From assembly GCA_000182565.2 (NCBI GenBank), contig KQ257464.1: a DNA stretch of 64,000 nt, one strand, 5' to 3'. The stretch is from Spizellomyces punctatus DAOM BR117 (Eukaryota). How positions within the stretch are numbered: position 1 is the stretch's first letter; every line of letters starts with the position of its first letter. The position numbers were made by a program, and so were the translations under genes. Positions 37,128 through 49,073 of the stretch are shown piece by piece. The notes beneath the pieces were generated by a model. It had not been told where the DNA came from, searched no databases, and worked only from the letters and a program-made list of their open reading frames with translations.

Positions 37128-40100
37128 ATGATTGCTGCCGTATGCGACGACGACGACGACGAGTCTCTCCGGCAACCACACTCTCTCCCACAGATACGCC
37201 GTCATTCCGATGCTCCCGTGCCCGCTGCAAGTTCTGTGAAGCTTCACCGTCTCGCGTCTTTTCCTCTGCTTGTGAAACAGCCTGTCGCACCATCACCAGC
37301 TCCCGCGCTGACTGCAGAACCGCAATCGCCCGTCATCTCGTCCACGCAGACCTCATATCATACGCACCTGCCTTCAATTGCTCCCAACAGACATCCCTTA
37401 CTCCGGAGATCACACTCGAGAAGTGGTCCGCTTCCCGGTACTCTCAACATTGGCTTAGGACTGAACCTATCGCATCCTGGTGCCCAGTCATCTCTTCGAA
37501 GTGCGCCCACGTTAGGTACCGTCGGCTTTTGGACGTCAGGCCTTCCTTCCCAACCTTTGTTTGAACACGCCACGCTGTCTGCTGGTCAGGACACGTCGCC
37601 GGAGTCACCTAAGGTGGCTTCCCAAGGGCAAGCGGATGGTACTCGCCACACAGAAAGTGGAAGACCTGCCGAGCAGCTGGTTCTACTAGTGCCAGATGAG
37701 GCATCCGACAAGGTCCACCGTCGGCGAAGCGGATGGGACTGGCTCAAAGGTCAGCCACTAGCCCAGGTAGTGCCAAGTACGGACGACGCTGCAAGCGCAG
37801 CTGCAGAGCCCAACGTTGCAGTACCTCTGATAGTGTCTGGCAATATTGAATTTTCCCCTGATGATTCACAATTGAGGCGACCGCCTCGGTCACCTGAACG
37901 AACAGAGGTTATCGCCCCGCTCAACCAGACACCTGTTGTTTCTCCTAAATCGCCTGTTGAGGATTCTCAAAAATGGAGTCCCTTGGCAGGAGAGTTCACT
38001 GATGTAGCCTTGCCTGTTGCAAATTCACTTTCTCGAACGCCATCGACCACTCGGAAACGACGAAGTGGCTGGTGGGACGGCAAACAAGACAAAGATGTTC
38101 AGATCCGTTTAATCAAGGAATTAGTGAGAAGCACAGTTCTCAGAAGTGCTTCCGGTGATGGTGACAGCGACCGCTTAGTAGACGATGATGCTGAGGATGG
38201 CAAAGGCACAGAAGATGAGACAAAACGAGACAGTGTCGGGTCTCATACTGACGGATCTGGTGTCGAAGCCGATGCCAGTGAAGTGGATACGGACGCTCAT
38301 CCTCAGCAACCGGAGTCGGGGCGCGCCATGAGACTTTGGAAGCGTAACTCATCTGTTGCCATGAGGGCTGTCCTGACTATGGATGGCATCGAAGAGGAAG
38401 GGAAGCTGGTACCAGACGAAAACAAGAGCGCCAGAAGAGCTTCTGTTGCCGGTGTCGCGCGAGATGAGGAGGAGGCTGATAATCGCGCAGAAAGATCCCG
38501 TCCGAATTCGCCACCTGTATCGTACCCCGCAGCGCCTCCACGACGCCCAGTCTACAGCAGGCGGAGATCTGCTCTAAAGCTGTTTGGATTGCAATCGCTG
38601 GTCCAGGATGAGAGTCTGGACGATGCCACTCCTGTGACAGCATCATCAACTGGTGGTAGATCACCTGCTGAGCAGCAAAACCAGTCGTCAACACCGGTGC
38701 ACACCCTGAAGCATATGACATCGTTATCGTCCCTCAAAGAGGCGGTTGGTGTGGCAGTGGCCGCCGAACAGCTTGTTGGTAGTACCCTTACTGACGAGCG
38801 AATGCCGTCACAAGGTACTCCCTTTTCGCCCCATATGAATACCGCGGCTCTTCCGCCACACAGTATCGCTGAGCTGATGGAAAGCGAAAGACAGCTGAGA
38901 ACGCAATTGATTCAAATGCAAGCCCAATTACAGCAGCTGGAAGCCGATGCGTCCAAGTACAGAGATGCGGCAAAATGCATCTCCGATGCTGAACGAAGCG
39001 GCCCTTACACCGATATTCCTCCATCGATGGCCGTGAAAGCTTTCACACATTATTGTAATGCACACGGACTCGAAGCAACCGCTCGTTCGCTCCGAACCGA
39101 GTCTGACAATATAGGAAGGATTGCGCGGGAAGCAACCCTCAATGAGTGGCTGCGCAAAAAGGAGTTCGGTCGGGCCATTCGCGTCGTAGAAGAGGTGATG
39201 AAGAGTGAGTTGGAAAGAGCACATAACGACTCAAAACGTTCTACGCCCCAGAATTATGGCTCAGAGAACGAAAGTCTTATTCCTGCTTTTGAAGACTTGA
39301 TATACGTCTTGAGCAAGTACATGTGCATTCATCTTGTTCAAACTGGGAACACGGAGCTGGCTGCGAAGACCGTTGAAACCATACTCAAACCACGAGTGGA
39401 GAAGGAGAGGGCGGGGAGAAGCAAAAGTAGAGGGGAATGGTTTGTCCGTGATCTGGCACTGTTAGACGATTTAGTCTTACGAGAACGTACGAGCGACTAT
39501 TCGACAAACACTACAGATGCCAACCCGTATTCGCGCTTAAACTGGGACAAGGAACTGGAGGCGTTCTGGACTGCAGCTCGGACGTGGCATCGTCGTCATT
39601 CTCGACGGAGACAGTCAGAGTCAGCAACAGAGTTAGATGAAACTCACGAGGGTCCTCTCTTTGCCAGAGCTCTGGGTGAATTTTTCCTTGCTGCAGATTT
39701 AGATTGGAATAGAGACGATGTGGAAAAGGTATTAGATAATTCCACGCTGGAGACTTTTTATATAGGTTGGAGCAAATGGGAGCAGGTGCGAACCTCTCTG
39801 GAGAGAATTGGTATCATTGGCAACGGGAAGAGCAGGCGAGGACGGAAAGATAGAGAGCGACTACAAAGAAGAAAGAGTCAAGTCAGCAGCCAGGACAGTC
39901 GAGGAAGTAACAGGTCCTCCACTGGAGACAAGAGCGCACGGTTGAGCCAAAATCGCGAAAACGGACGGAGAAAGACACGAGCGAAACACCAGCCGGAAGT
40001 ACCCTCGAGTCCAATTATTGAGCCACGTTCGAAGAGTGGCGCTGTAATAGTAGAACGAATACAAGGCTCTTCAATGTCGCCATTACCAACCATCACGCAC

Positions 40101-41649
40101 ACGCTACCATCTCCCCATACTAATGGCAACGTTTCATCAAACTCCTTCGTTGCTCCTACCCGCACTGCAAGCCTGAACATCAGTCCTGTGAGATCCAGAG
40201 GTCAAAGCGCCTCTATGGTACCGAAAAGCGATTCCGCGGGGAAAACCCCTCGGCGTTTATCCCTGGAACCGACCGTTAGAGATAGGCGAGAGTCACTATG
40301 CGCCCGCAGCGATGACTATGACCGCATTAGTTCTCACACGACGTTCTCATTCAACGGCGACGCGGACCTGCCGCCGCTACCACAAGACCCGCAGTCCGCT
40401 GACTTTGCTCTAGCCTCCACGTGTGGTCCTGTTCTAAGTCAGATCCGTGCCATCGATGTTACCGACATACCGTCGACCGGTCAAATCATCGCTGCAACAG
40501 CGGGCAACCACGACAGAACAGACAAGAAAATATCAATATGGGATGTGCGAAGCGGGACTCTTCTCACCCAACTTGATAATGGAACCAGTAAACCTGTTAC
40601 ATGTCTTGCTTTTCATCCAGACGATCCGTCACTTCTGGTCTCAGCAGACATGGAATTTGACGTCAAACTATGGGACTGGAGGAGCGGAGCATGCGTCAGA
40701 TTATGGAGAAAATTCCATACCAGGATAGTATTTAAGGCGGCCATAGTCCCTGGTGGGGATAATAGGTGAGTTTCCACCGCGAGACAACAAGTGCAGGCGT
40801 AAAGTGCTGAGTTGTAATTTCGTCTTGCACAACCAACAGAGCTGCTACATGTTCCGGCGATCAATCCATAAAGCTTTTCTCCCTCGACACCACATCACCC
40901 ACATCCGTTTCTTCTGTCCATGCCAACGAACCATTCACGTCTTTCGTATTTGCTGGAAACCCTGATGACACATCTCAACAAAAATTAGTAGCGAGTTTGA
41001 GCTATTCCATTCGGATCTATCGCTTGAGAACTGCAACGCTGTTGCATACTATACAATTACGGGATTTGAGAATGAAGTGAGTGAAGATCTTAACTTGAAA
41101 TGATGCTATGGTCCTTGATCTGATGATCTGATGCACTTGTCCCAATAGTAAAACTCCGCTCACTGCGCTTACTGCACACCCAATACATGACACCTATATT
41201 TTACTGTCCTGCGACAACCAGTTACGGTTATTCAACCTCTTGACGGAAACCACGGTTAAAGTGTACCAAGCCCGTGACATACCGAACGGCGTGCGGGTTG
41301 AAGGACAATTCAGTCCCTGTGGCGCGTGGGTATATTGCGGGACATGCGATATCAGAGGACGCGGGCGAGGTAAAGAGGGCGTAGAAAGTGGCGGCGGCGG
41401 AATTGTTATTTGGAGAGTCCATACGGGAAAGATCGAGAAGGTGCCGTGTGGAAGTGATGGCACGGCAGTCAGTGTGTGTAAATGGTTTGTAGACAGACTA
41501 TGGACTTCGTGCCGAGGAACACTATGCTGAATGATATATTTCTTTCTAGGATAACGGCGAAGGACGCTTCGCGACCAGGTCAGGAAGCTGTGTCTCGAAA
41601 GGTGCTTGTAGCAGCGGGATTAGATCGGATGGTTAGAATGTTTATGTAG
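37128..41649 (+). CDS. Large protein: disordered N-terminus, LisH/CTLH-like segment, C-terminal WD40 propeller
   Basis: ORF 37080-40769 with FTHYCNAHGLEATARSLRTES (LisH-like) and WD repeats ISIWDV, VKLWDW; further WD exons up to the stop at 41649. Confidence 0.75.
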
Positions 41650-41772
41650 GACTAGCAGAAGGTAGGTTGTGTACAGGAAGTACTGTGTGCGGCAGTTATA
41701 CCCTGCCGTTAATTATTTTTGATGCGCGGAGTAATGGGCTCATAATAGAACCCTAATATGAAAACAAACAGC

Positions 41773-42543
41773 TCAGCGCTGCTCTAGTTCCACCTGTGAG
41801 GTCAATGGTCAGCACCACGCACTTTCTACAGGACGATTCTCCAACTTACCAATACTCCCCCGCAATCTTTGGGATGCAGAAACACGACCGGTTTTCCATG
41901 TGCACCAATTTTTGGTTCAGGATCCAATGCCCTTACTTTCTTTTCCTTGAGATCCTTCATTGCAGCGTAAATGTCGTCAACCTGAAGGGGAGCAAGATGA
42001 ACGTTATTTGAAGAGCTAGGTGTATTGGAACATATTGGGATAAAAGGTTTTACCTCAATGCAAACGTGATGAATACCACCATCTGGCTTTTTCTTCAAAA
42101 AGTTTTCGATGGGGCTTTTATCGCCGTAAGGATGCACTAAGAAATGTTAGCTATATATATCTAGTTATATCCCCTTTATCTAATTCTCGTACTGAGAACT
42201 TACACAGCTCAATCTTCGTATTGCCCAATTCTACAAATACAGTATACACTCCATGTTCAGGAAGCGCCTGATAAACGTATTGAAACAGATATCAGGAACC
42301 GACCCGCTAAACAAGGTTGGCCACCCGGTCCCCAGTACATACCACTTTATCGCTCACTTTAGCACCCATCACATTCTTATAAAAGCCGGCCGATTTATCG
42401 ATATCTGGAACGGCGATAGCCACATGGTTCAGTATGCCCAATTTCCATGCTGGGTTGGTTGCCGTGTTGGTTGCAAACGAGCGTAAGACATTGGTCGTGC
42501 GGACAAGAGGACGAGTGCGGCAAATGGCCCGTGTAAAATACAT
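41773..42543 (-). CDS. MCEE: Methylmalonyl-CoA epimerase, mitochondrial
   Basis: Arg-rich presequence; LNHVAIAVPD, GGIHHVCIEVDDI, KIGAHGKPVVFLHPKDCGGVLVELEQ. Confidence 0.95.
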
Positions 42544-42767
42544 GACAGTGTATGTGTCGGGAGTGGAGTTAATGAGATGGGATGACTCCGTTGGAGAAAA
42601 CGAAATGGAAAGCGGGTGAAAAGTCTAACATGTACACTGGTGTATACGACACTGACCTTGGCACAGCAACCGATCGTGACAACCGTTCATACGCCGTGTC
42701 AGTTCAGCTTGTTCAATTTAACATACATTTACACTTGTTAACTTTTCGACAAACACAAACAGATGCG

Positions 42768-43553
42768 ATGAATGAACCACCAGAATCTTCGTACAGATAT
42801 CAACGAATATGGCCGTCCATTAAACCCAAATCGCATCTAACCCTCCAGACTCCTGCAGACCCTTCCACTTGGATATTCCTGATACCATCACTTCTCACAT
42901 CATCCGAATGCAGCCAACTTCTTGCCGCCTGTACAAAAGCCCACCCGCTGCAGCTCTCCTCCCACGCACAAACACGCTCTGTAGCATTTCGAGATAATGA
43001 CCGTAGCGCTTTCACTTCTCCAGAGCTTTCACACTTGATCTGGAACACCGCCGGTCTGCGGTCTGTTATTGAGCAGACACCTGCCTTGAACGAAGTAAGC
43101 AAAGGATTGAGGGCATGTGGATTGAATAATATGTGGAGATTGTATCGTTATCGAGAGGGACAAAGATTTGGACCGCATTATGATGAGGAGGCCAAAGGAG
43201 AAGGAAGTCAGCGAGGATACTTTACCTTATTGATATACCTGAATGGTGGGGAAGAAAGCTGCGATACATCTGGCAAAGCCCAGGCCACGACCAAAGACTC
43301 TCCAAAGACAAAAAGTCGGAAAGGTCTTAAATCTAATGCAAAAGTAGAAGACGACGCGCCATTAGAAGGTGGGGAAACAGTGTTCTATCGAGGCACACTG
43401 AAAAACAAAAAGCCCGTTTTGTCCGTTGCACCTGTTACCGGTATGGCATTGTTGCATGCACAAGGTGGAAGGTGTCTATTACATGAAGGCGCCGTAGTCA
43501 GAAAAGGGTCGAAGTGGGTTCTGCGATCAGATCTGATGTATGAACCCATGTAA
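42768..43553 (+). CDS. 2-oxoglutarate/Fe(II) dioxygenase (prolyl 4-hydroxylase-like), intronless
   Basis: LYRYREGQRFGPHYDE (HxD), TLLIYLN, GGETVF, LLHEGAVVRKGSKWVLRSD. Confidence 0.88.
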   Translation: MNEPPESSYRYQRIWPSIKPKSHLTLQTPADPSTWIFLIPSLLTSSECSQLLAACTKAHPLQLSSHAQTRSVAFRDNDRSAFTSPELSHLIWNTAGLRSVIEQTPALNEVSKGLRACGLNNMWRLYRYREGQRFGPHYDEEAKGEGSQRGYFTLLIYLNGGEESCDTSGKAQATTKDSPKTKSRKGLKSNAKVEDDAPLEGGETVFYRGTLKNKKPVLSVAPVTGMALLHAQGGRCLLHEGAVVRKGSKWVLRSDLMYEPM

Positions 43554-43795
43554 TTTAACAGTTTTGATGCTGTCCTGTAACTACTCAAATTTCATTGGAT
43601 GACCAAAGTATGGCCAGTAAATATTGGATGTTTGTATTAGTTTAATGAAACCACGACAGGGTGGTTGTCGGGCAATATTGCAATGATCCTTGATCGACAT
43701 CCTCTTAACCCTTAAAATGCAGTGGAAAGCGGTCAACACTTTAAATTTGGCGTAACTTTGCACACAATCAAAGCAGCACCATCTTGCCTCACGCC

Positions 43796-44896
43796 ATGCA
43801 AAGGAAACTCGCAACTGGGGAAGGCGGTCCTTCCAAGGCTAAGGTCGCAAGTGGCGGGGATGACATTGGAGGCCACCAATCTCACAAGTATAGGTCGGAA
43901 AACACAGTCGAAGCAGCTCTATCAGCACAAGCTCAATCTCTCTTCCCAGCGCTGGTCGCGGAAGCCGATCGTCTTCACCGCCAGGGACAATTGGCAGCGG
44001 CTGTTTCTTTATATACCAGAGCGATTGAAATTCGGCCGACAGACCCCAATGTCCTATCGTTACGTTCCAAGTGCCACAGCCTACAAGGCGAACACAGTTT
44101 GGCTCTCCGCGATGCAGAAGCTGCTTTGCAGACCGATCCCTCTCACATCAAGGCTTTGGCGGCTAAAGCAGATGCACTTTTCAGTGCAGGAGACTTTGAA
44201 GGAGCATTAGTACACTGCCACCGAGGTGCTCGTTCTCGGCCTGACGTTGAAGAATTCCGCCTCGGAGTATTAAGATGCAAGCAAGCCATAATGGCATCAA
44301 TTGAAGGGATTGATTCACAGAAACTCAAGGAGAGAAGAATTATAGAAAAGCAGGAGTCAGAGCTCCGCAAAAATAACAACGCAAAGAAGGGCCCAGGCGC
44401 ACACCACCCTGGTGTGATTGGTTCCCTTAATTCACGACGACAATCGACCGTCATGTCTCCTCGGCGTTCGGTGACGGCAGCACGGCACTCCGTGATAGCT
44501 GCACCTAACATTACGAGCCGTCCCACTTCAGCCTATAACCAAGATATACTCGAACGCAACCTTTTAGAAGAACTTTATGACGATCGGGTCTTTCTACTGA
44601 GCCTTGCATCCGACACCTCGTTTATGCGTTCGGCGGGAAAAGTAATCAGTCAATGTGTGGAAGAAGGGTTACACTACCTAGATGGGCGGTTAGAATATTG
44701 GAGAATGATGAATCCTGTCGGACGTCCTGCCTCTTCAAAGCGAACAGCCGCAGAGAAGCCGAAGAAGACGGCCAAGTACATGAAACGACCGGCTTCTGCT
44801 TCTCTTTGGGTTGGCAATACAGGGAAACCTTCGGAAACTGAGAATGTGCGCAAAGTAGTAAGGCCCAAGTCTGCAGTATCTCAACGTGTACAGTAA
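43796..44896 (+). CDS. TTC25/ODAD4-like TPR protein (N-terminal portion only), intronless
   Basis: LRSKCH..ALRDAEAAL..KADALFSAGDFEGALVHCHRG..RP..EFRLG and LLEELYDDRVFL..GLHYLDGRLEYWR, matching recalled TTC25 blocks. Confidence 0.75.
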   Translation: MQRKLATGEGGPSKAKVASGGDDIGGHQSHKYRSENTVEAALSAQAQSLFPALVAEADRLHRQGQLAAAVSLYTRAIEIRPTDPNVLSLRSKCHSLQGEHSLALRDAEAALQTDPSHIKALAAKADALFSAGDFEGALVHCHRGARSRPDVEEFRLGVLRCKQAIMASIEGIDSQKLKERRIIEKQESELRKNNNAKKGPGAHHPGVIGSLNSRRQSTVMSPRRSVTAARHSVIAAPNITSRPTSAYNQDILERNLLEELYDDRVFLLSLASDTSFMRSAGKVISQCVEEGLHYLDGRLEYWRMMNPVGRPASSKRTAAEKPKKTAKYMKRPASASLWVGNTGKPSETENVRKVVRPKSAVSQRVQ

Positions 44897-45084
44897 TAAA
44901 CATCCATACATGGCTTTTACAATCGGAAAGTTGGCAATTAAATTACACAGGGATACGGGGGAACTCAAGCAACTAAAGCGAAGGGCTACGAAACAGCGTG
45001 TGCGACTTATTCGTTCCGCAGACCTCGCCTCACTAGCCGGTTCAAATTCCCCCAGTTATGTACAAATCCAGGAATATCCGAACC

Positions 45085-45827
45085 TCACGTTTTCCAAATC
45101 GGTACCATCTTCGCATCATCGGCGTCATCAAATTCAAATGTCAATCTCCCCGATTTGACCACCCGTCCAGGTTTCGGTAATATTCGAGGAATCTTGTGAA
45201 AGCGATCCAAAGGCCATATAACCCGGTCTACACGGGCATCAATGAGTCCCAGGGGCACTGGTCCAAAGACATTGCTATCGAGTCCTCTATAAGGCTAGAA
45301 TGATAGCACTACTCAGGGCAAGGTAACAACCTGGGCAGAAACGGTGCGACCCATACCTCATCTGACTCCACCCAACAGTGGCCTTTGGGAATTCTAACAT
45401 ACTCATCAACTTGGGATTTTAGTATCCAGCTTCCTGGTGCCACGCCTTCCCCTGGCCCATGCCTTGGTCTGATAGCATCGCCACCAAGTGCCACGATCCG
45501 CTTTATCAGCTTCATTTCTGGGTTCGACGGTGACGAGAGTATTACAACATCCCCGACATTGTATTTGCCGCAGGCTGGGGAGAAGCGGTCGAGGAGCACC
45601 CAGTCTTTGCGGAGCCCGCTACTGTCTGGGTTGAAGGTGGGCTGAACGTAGGACTTGTCAGAATGTACACGCACCGTTCATGCTGCAACGATAACTGGCA
45701 TATGAAATACCTGCATTGAGCGGCCATTTACAGAACCAATCGTGTAGCCAAATTTCAGAAACACCAAGGCTGGGGGAATAACGTACAACGCTCGGAAGAG
45801 CGTTGCTCGAAGGCGGCTGGATGACAT
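45085..45827 (-). CDS. IMP2: Mitochondrial inner membrane peptidase subunit 2
   Basis: GRSMQ|PTFNP, GDVVIL.SPSNP..LIKRIVALGGD, IPKGHCWVE, DSNVFGPVPLGLI, IWP. Confidence 0.92.
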
Positions 45828-45946
45828 GGTGCCAACAGAAGCCTAGTCCAAGAACAAGCCTTCATTAGAGTCATCTGCTCATGTGATATCACATGATTTA
45901 GTATGGAAATTAAATCTTATAGAGCTAAATTAAAAATGTCTCCCAA

Positions 45947-48900
45947 TCATTGCGATGAGTTTCCTCGTTGGGGTGCTTCTTTGATGTCCCATCCTTGCAA
46001 TGACTTTACGTTGACCAAGCTCCACTCCCTTCCTGCCATTATAACACATATACCACTAGAAGAGTCCAATTGCCGGCAGCGCCTTAATGCCGGGTACGGA
46101 GCTCCCAGGAGGGTTGTGGTTGGCCTGGAAGTAGTCGGAGGAGCACTTTTGTTGAACTGTGGAGTTGAGGGCGTTCCAATCGCATCACGGAGGAGATAAG
46201 GTGCCCGGTTTGACAGTATGCGGCTTTCGAGCAATGGCGAAGGATCCGCCACGTTATATATCAGAAAGATGCCTGTCAAAGCGATTACCGCCAACAGATC
46301 AGCCCTTCATAGAAGGTTCCATTACACACATGAACTCACCATCGGCCGCATATGCCATCAGATATTGCTTTATACCACTCCCATTATTGGATTCAATTTC
46401 CAGGACGTCAGCCCACACTAGAGCTTGCTCAGAGCTGTTCGGCCCACGCTCTTTATCCTGATCTGCGTAAGTATACACGATTGGCGAAGCGGTGGCCAGT
46501 CCAATGTCCATAGGATACATCCTCAATGTGCCATCGGCGCAGGAGAGCAGCAAATACGGCTTGTTGCTGGTCGTATGCATGAATGTTATCATGCACTTTG
46601 TCTGGAAGTCCACAACTTTCGGTCAGCATCAAGTGCATCTAAAATTGAAACCTGGTACATACCACAACGTCGGGGTTGTTTCGAAACATGAACATTGAGC
46701 GACTCTGTGCTTTTCCTGGGCCTTCGTCCCTTCCAGGTGCGGTTCCAGGAGTACGAGCCACAGGCAATGACATTGAAGGCAATGTTTGGACCTACAGCCG
46801 AGCTTCAGCATACTGACCATATCAGCCCTAAAGCTCTCGCAAAGATACGTACATCCAAGCACCAAGCTACGAATAGATCCTTCCGAATCGTTACTGGCAT
46901 AACCATGGCGGGCTCTGCGATTGATTTCCTGATACTCTCCCGGCGACCGCCCGGAGTAGGCTCTTTCTCTGGGTCTTTCTCCTTGTCCTTATCTTTATCT
47001 TTCGTTCCTCCGGTAACAATCGTTTCACAGTTCAGCCGTAATATTGCCCCAGATCGCATGGCAACTAGTACGTGCTTGTGAATGTCGTCTGCTGTTATAG
47101 CAGTGATAAATAACTCATCTGGGTGATCGTCATGATTAGTACTCTAACATAGACAGAACGAGAATAATTGTCACCTGGTTGACCTTCAGTATTTCCAGAA
47201 CTCATGCTGGTGGTAGGTCTCTCATCCTCCGCTTTTGCAACGTCCTTCACGGTGTCCAGCCTTGTTTGTGCAATAACTTTGAGCTGTTTGTCCTTTGCCG
47301 TATATCGTAACACATCCCCTTTGCATTGCCATTGATCTTCCAGATTAGCATTATATGCTGCAAGGACGTGATCGGACCCGTAATGAGAGACCAAACAGAC
47401 GATGGTTTCCTCGTGCTCAATAAAACAGGAGATTTTTATAGGGTTGACGGAGAGCAGTCGTGTTTTGGTAATCGAGTGCGTGTATGACTGCCAGATCGCA
47501 CGCACACATGAGCTGGAGCGATTAACATGGAGCAAAATAATCTGTCTCATACCAAAGCATCTGTCTCCCGATCCCATGTGACAGCAATCTCGAAGCAAGC
47601 CCCCATCCCAGATTTGCATCCTAGAAAGAATGCATGCTTCATTACCGTGAACGGCGGTGGTTCAGCTGCCTCATCCACCCTTACGTCTTCTTCGCTAGGT
47701 GCCACAACCATTATGGGCTCTTCACGCTCCGTCCCACTAGCCTCTGCGACACTCTCCGCCGACTCCTCCTCGGGAACATTTCCTATCACCCGATGTGTGC
47801 GGCTCGACATGCGTTTCCTTCCCCCGCCGGAGGTCTCACCCCAGAGTGATCCGCTCTGACGTGGTGGTGGAATGCTTTGAGCATCTTCAATGATTGTGTC
47901 CTCCGGAATCTCAGCAAACGATGTTATAGTAGGTCGTCGACCTGTGACTGATGGACGTCTGCCGATTGATGGGCGTCGCGAGTGCTGTACAGACGACATC
48001 GCCGTGGCAGTGGGGGAGGCAGAGGTTTCGGGGATAGGTGTTGCATCTTCAATGAAAAGATCGCTTACGGTGGTAACTATGTCCAGACTGCTCAAGCGGA
48101 TGATATCTCGAAGAATTGGCTGCTCGCCGGTGGATGGAAGCTCCCAGAATTCTTAAGTTAATTTTGGCTGTTAGCATGCATCAGAATACACTCACTGTAC
48201 CCTGATTTCGTAGCATACCCAAGTAATTGTTTGCAGCAAAAGCTACATACAATCTCTCTGCCAAGATGTGGACATGGAGGATATCCCCATTAGTGGAGGA
48301 AAAGTGATTCAAAAACTTGGGGCCGGCTGCGAGATAATGAAAATGAGATAGCTATTGAGCTTTTGCGATCTGATATCAATCCCAATCAGTTTGATATCTC
48401 ACCCGCAAGCAATGACTCTTTCTGCCGAAATTTCCTTCTTGTCTCAGCAGTCTTGTTACGAAGAAGCTCTTCATAGTCAAGTTTTTGATTTGCCTACATC
48501 ACATATTCCCCAGCATCAGTCATAGCTATTTTTCATTGCCTACAGGTCATGTACAACCTGCTGCTCCTCCATCTTTTTTTTCTGTCCACTACGTCTTAAC
48601 AGCTCATCCTTTGCCCGTGCAATCATCTCCTTTGCATACTCTTCCTCTCCACTCAAAGATGAGGCTGGAATTTCGGAGGAAAAAACTGCGTACGGCTGGA
48701 ATTGTGCCCGTCGAATTGACACATTCTCGCGGAAGACTTTTTCAAGACTCTATATGGACGTGCATGTTGCGTCGACTTTTTTTTTCCATGAACCGCTGAG
48801 AAATTATTGTTTTCGTGAAGACATACCTCAATGTTTGCTCTCAGCTCACTGATATGATTTTTAACCTGTGCGAGCTCCGCTGCCAGCCCAATTGGCTTTG

Positions 48901-48949
48901 CTGCAGGAGCTTTGGTTGGAGACCCCGGTTGAACTACTTTTGGAGACAT
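45947..48949 (-). CDS. Uncharacterised multi-exon protein, probable beta-propeller/WD-like with N-terminal coiled coil
   Basis: Co-oriented ORFs 48653-49084, 47547-48095, 47095-47619, 46805-47059, 46299-46613, 45947-46294; LLLSCADGTLRMY and GACFEIAVTWD repeat-like segments. Confidence 0.55.
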
Positions 48950-49073
48950 GTGCGTACCCAGGTAGCAAGTTGCAGAAGTGAGGTTTAGCTGCGCGTCTGA
49001 ATGCTGACTAAGCGAACATGATGCACTCTCTTTTGACTTGTATTTGTAAATCATTGTCTTATAATACAAGAAC

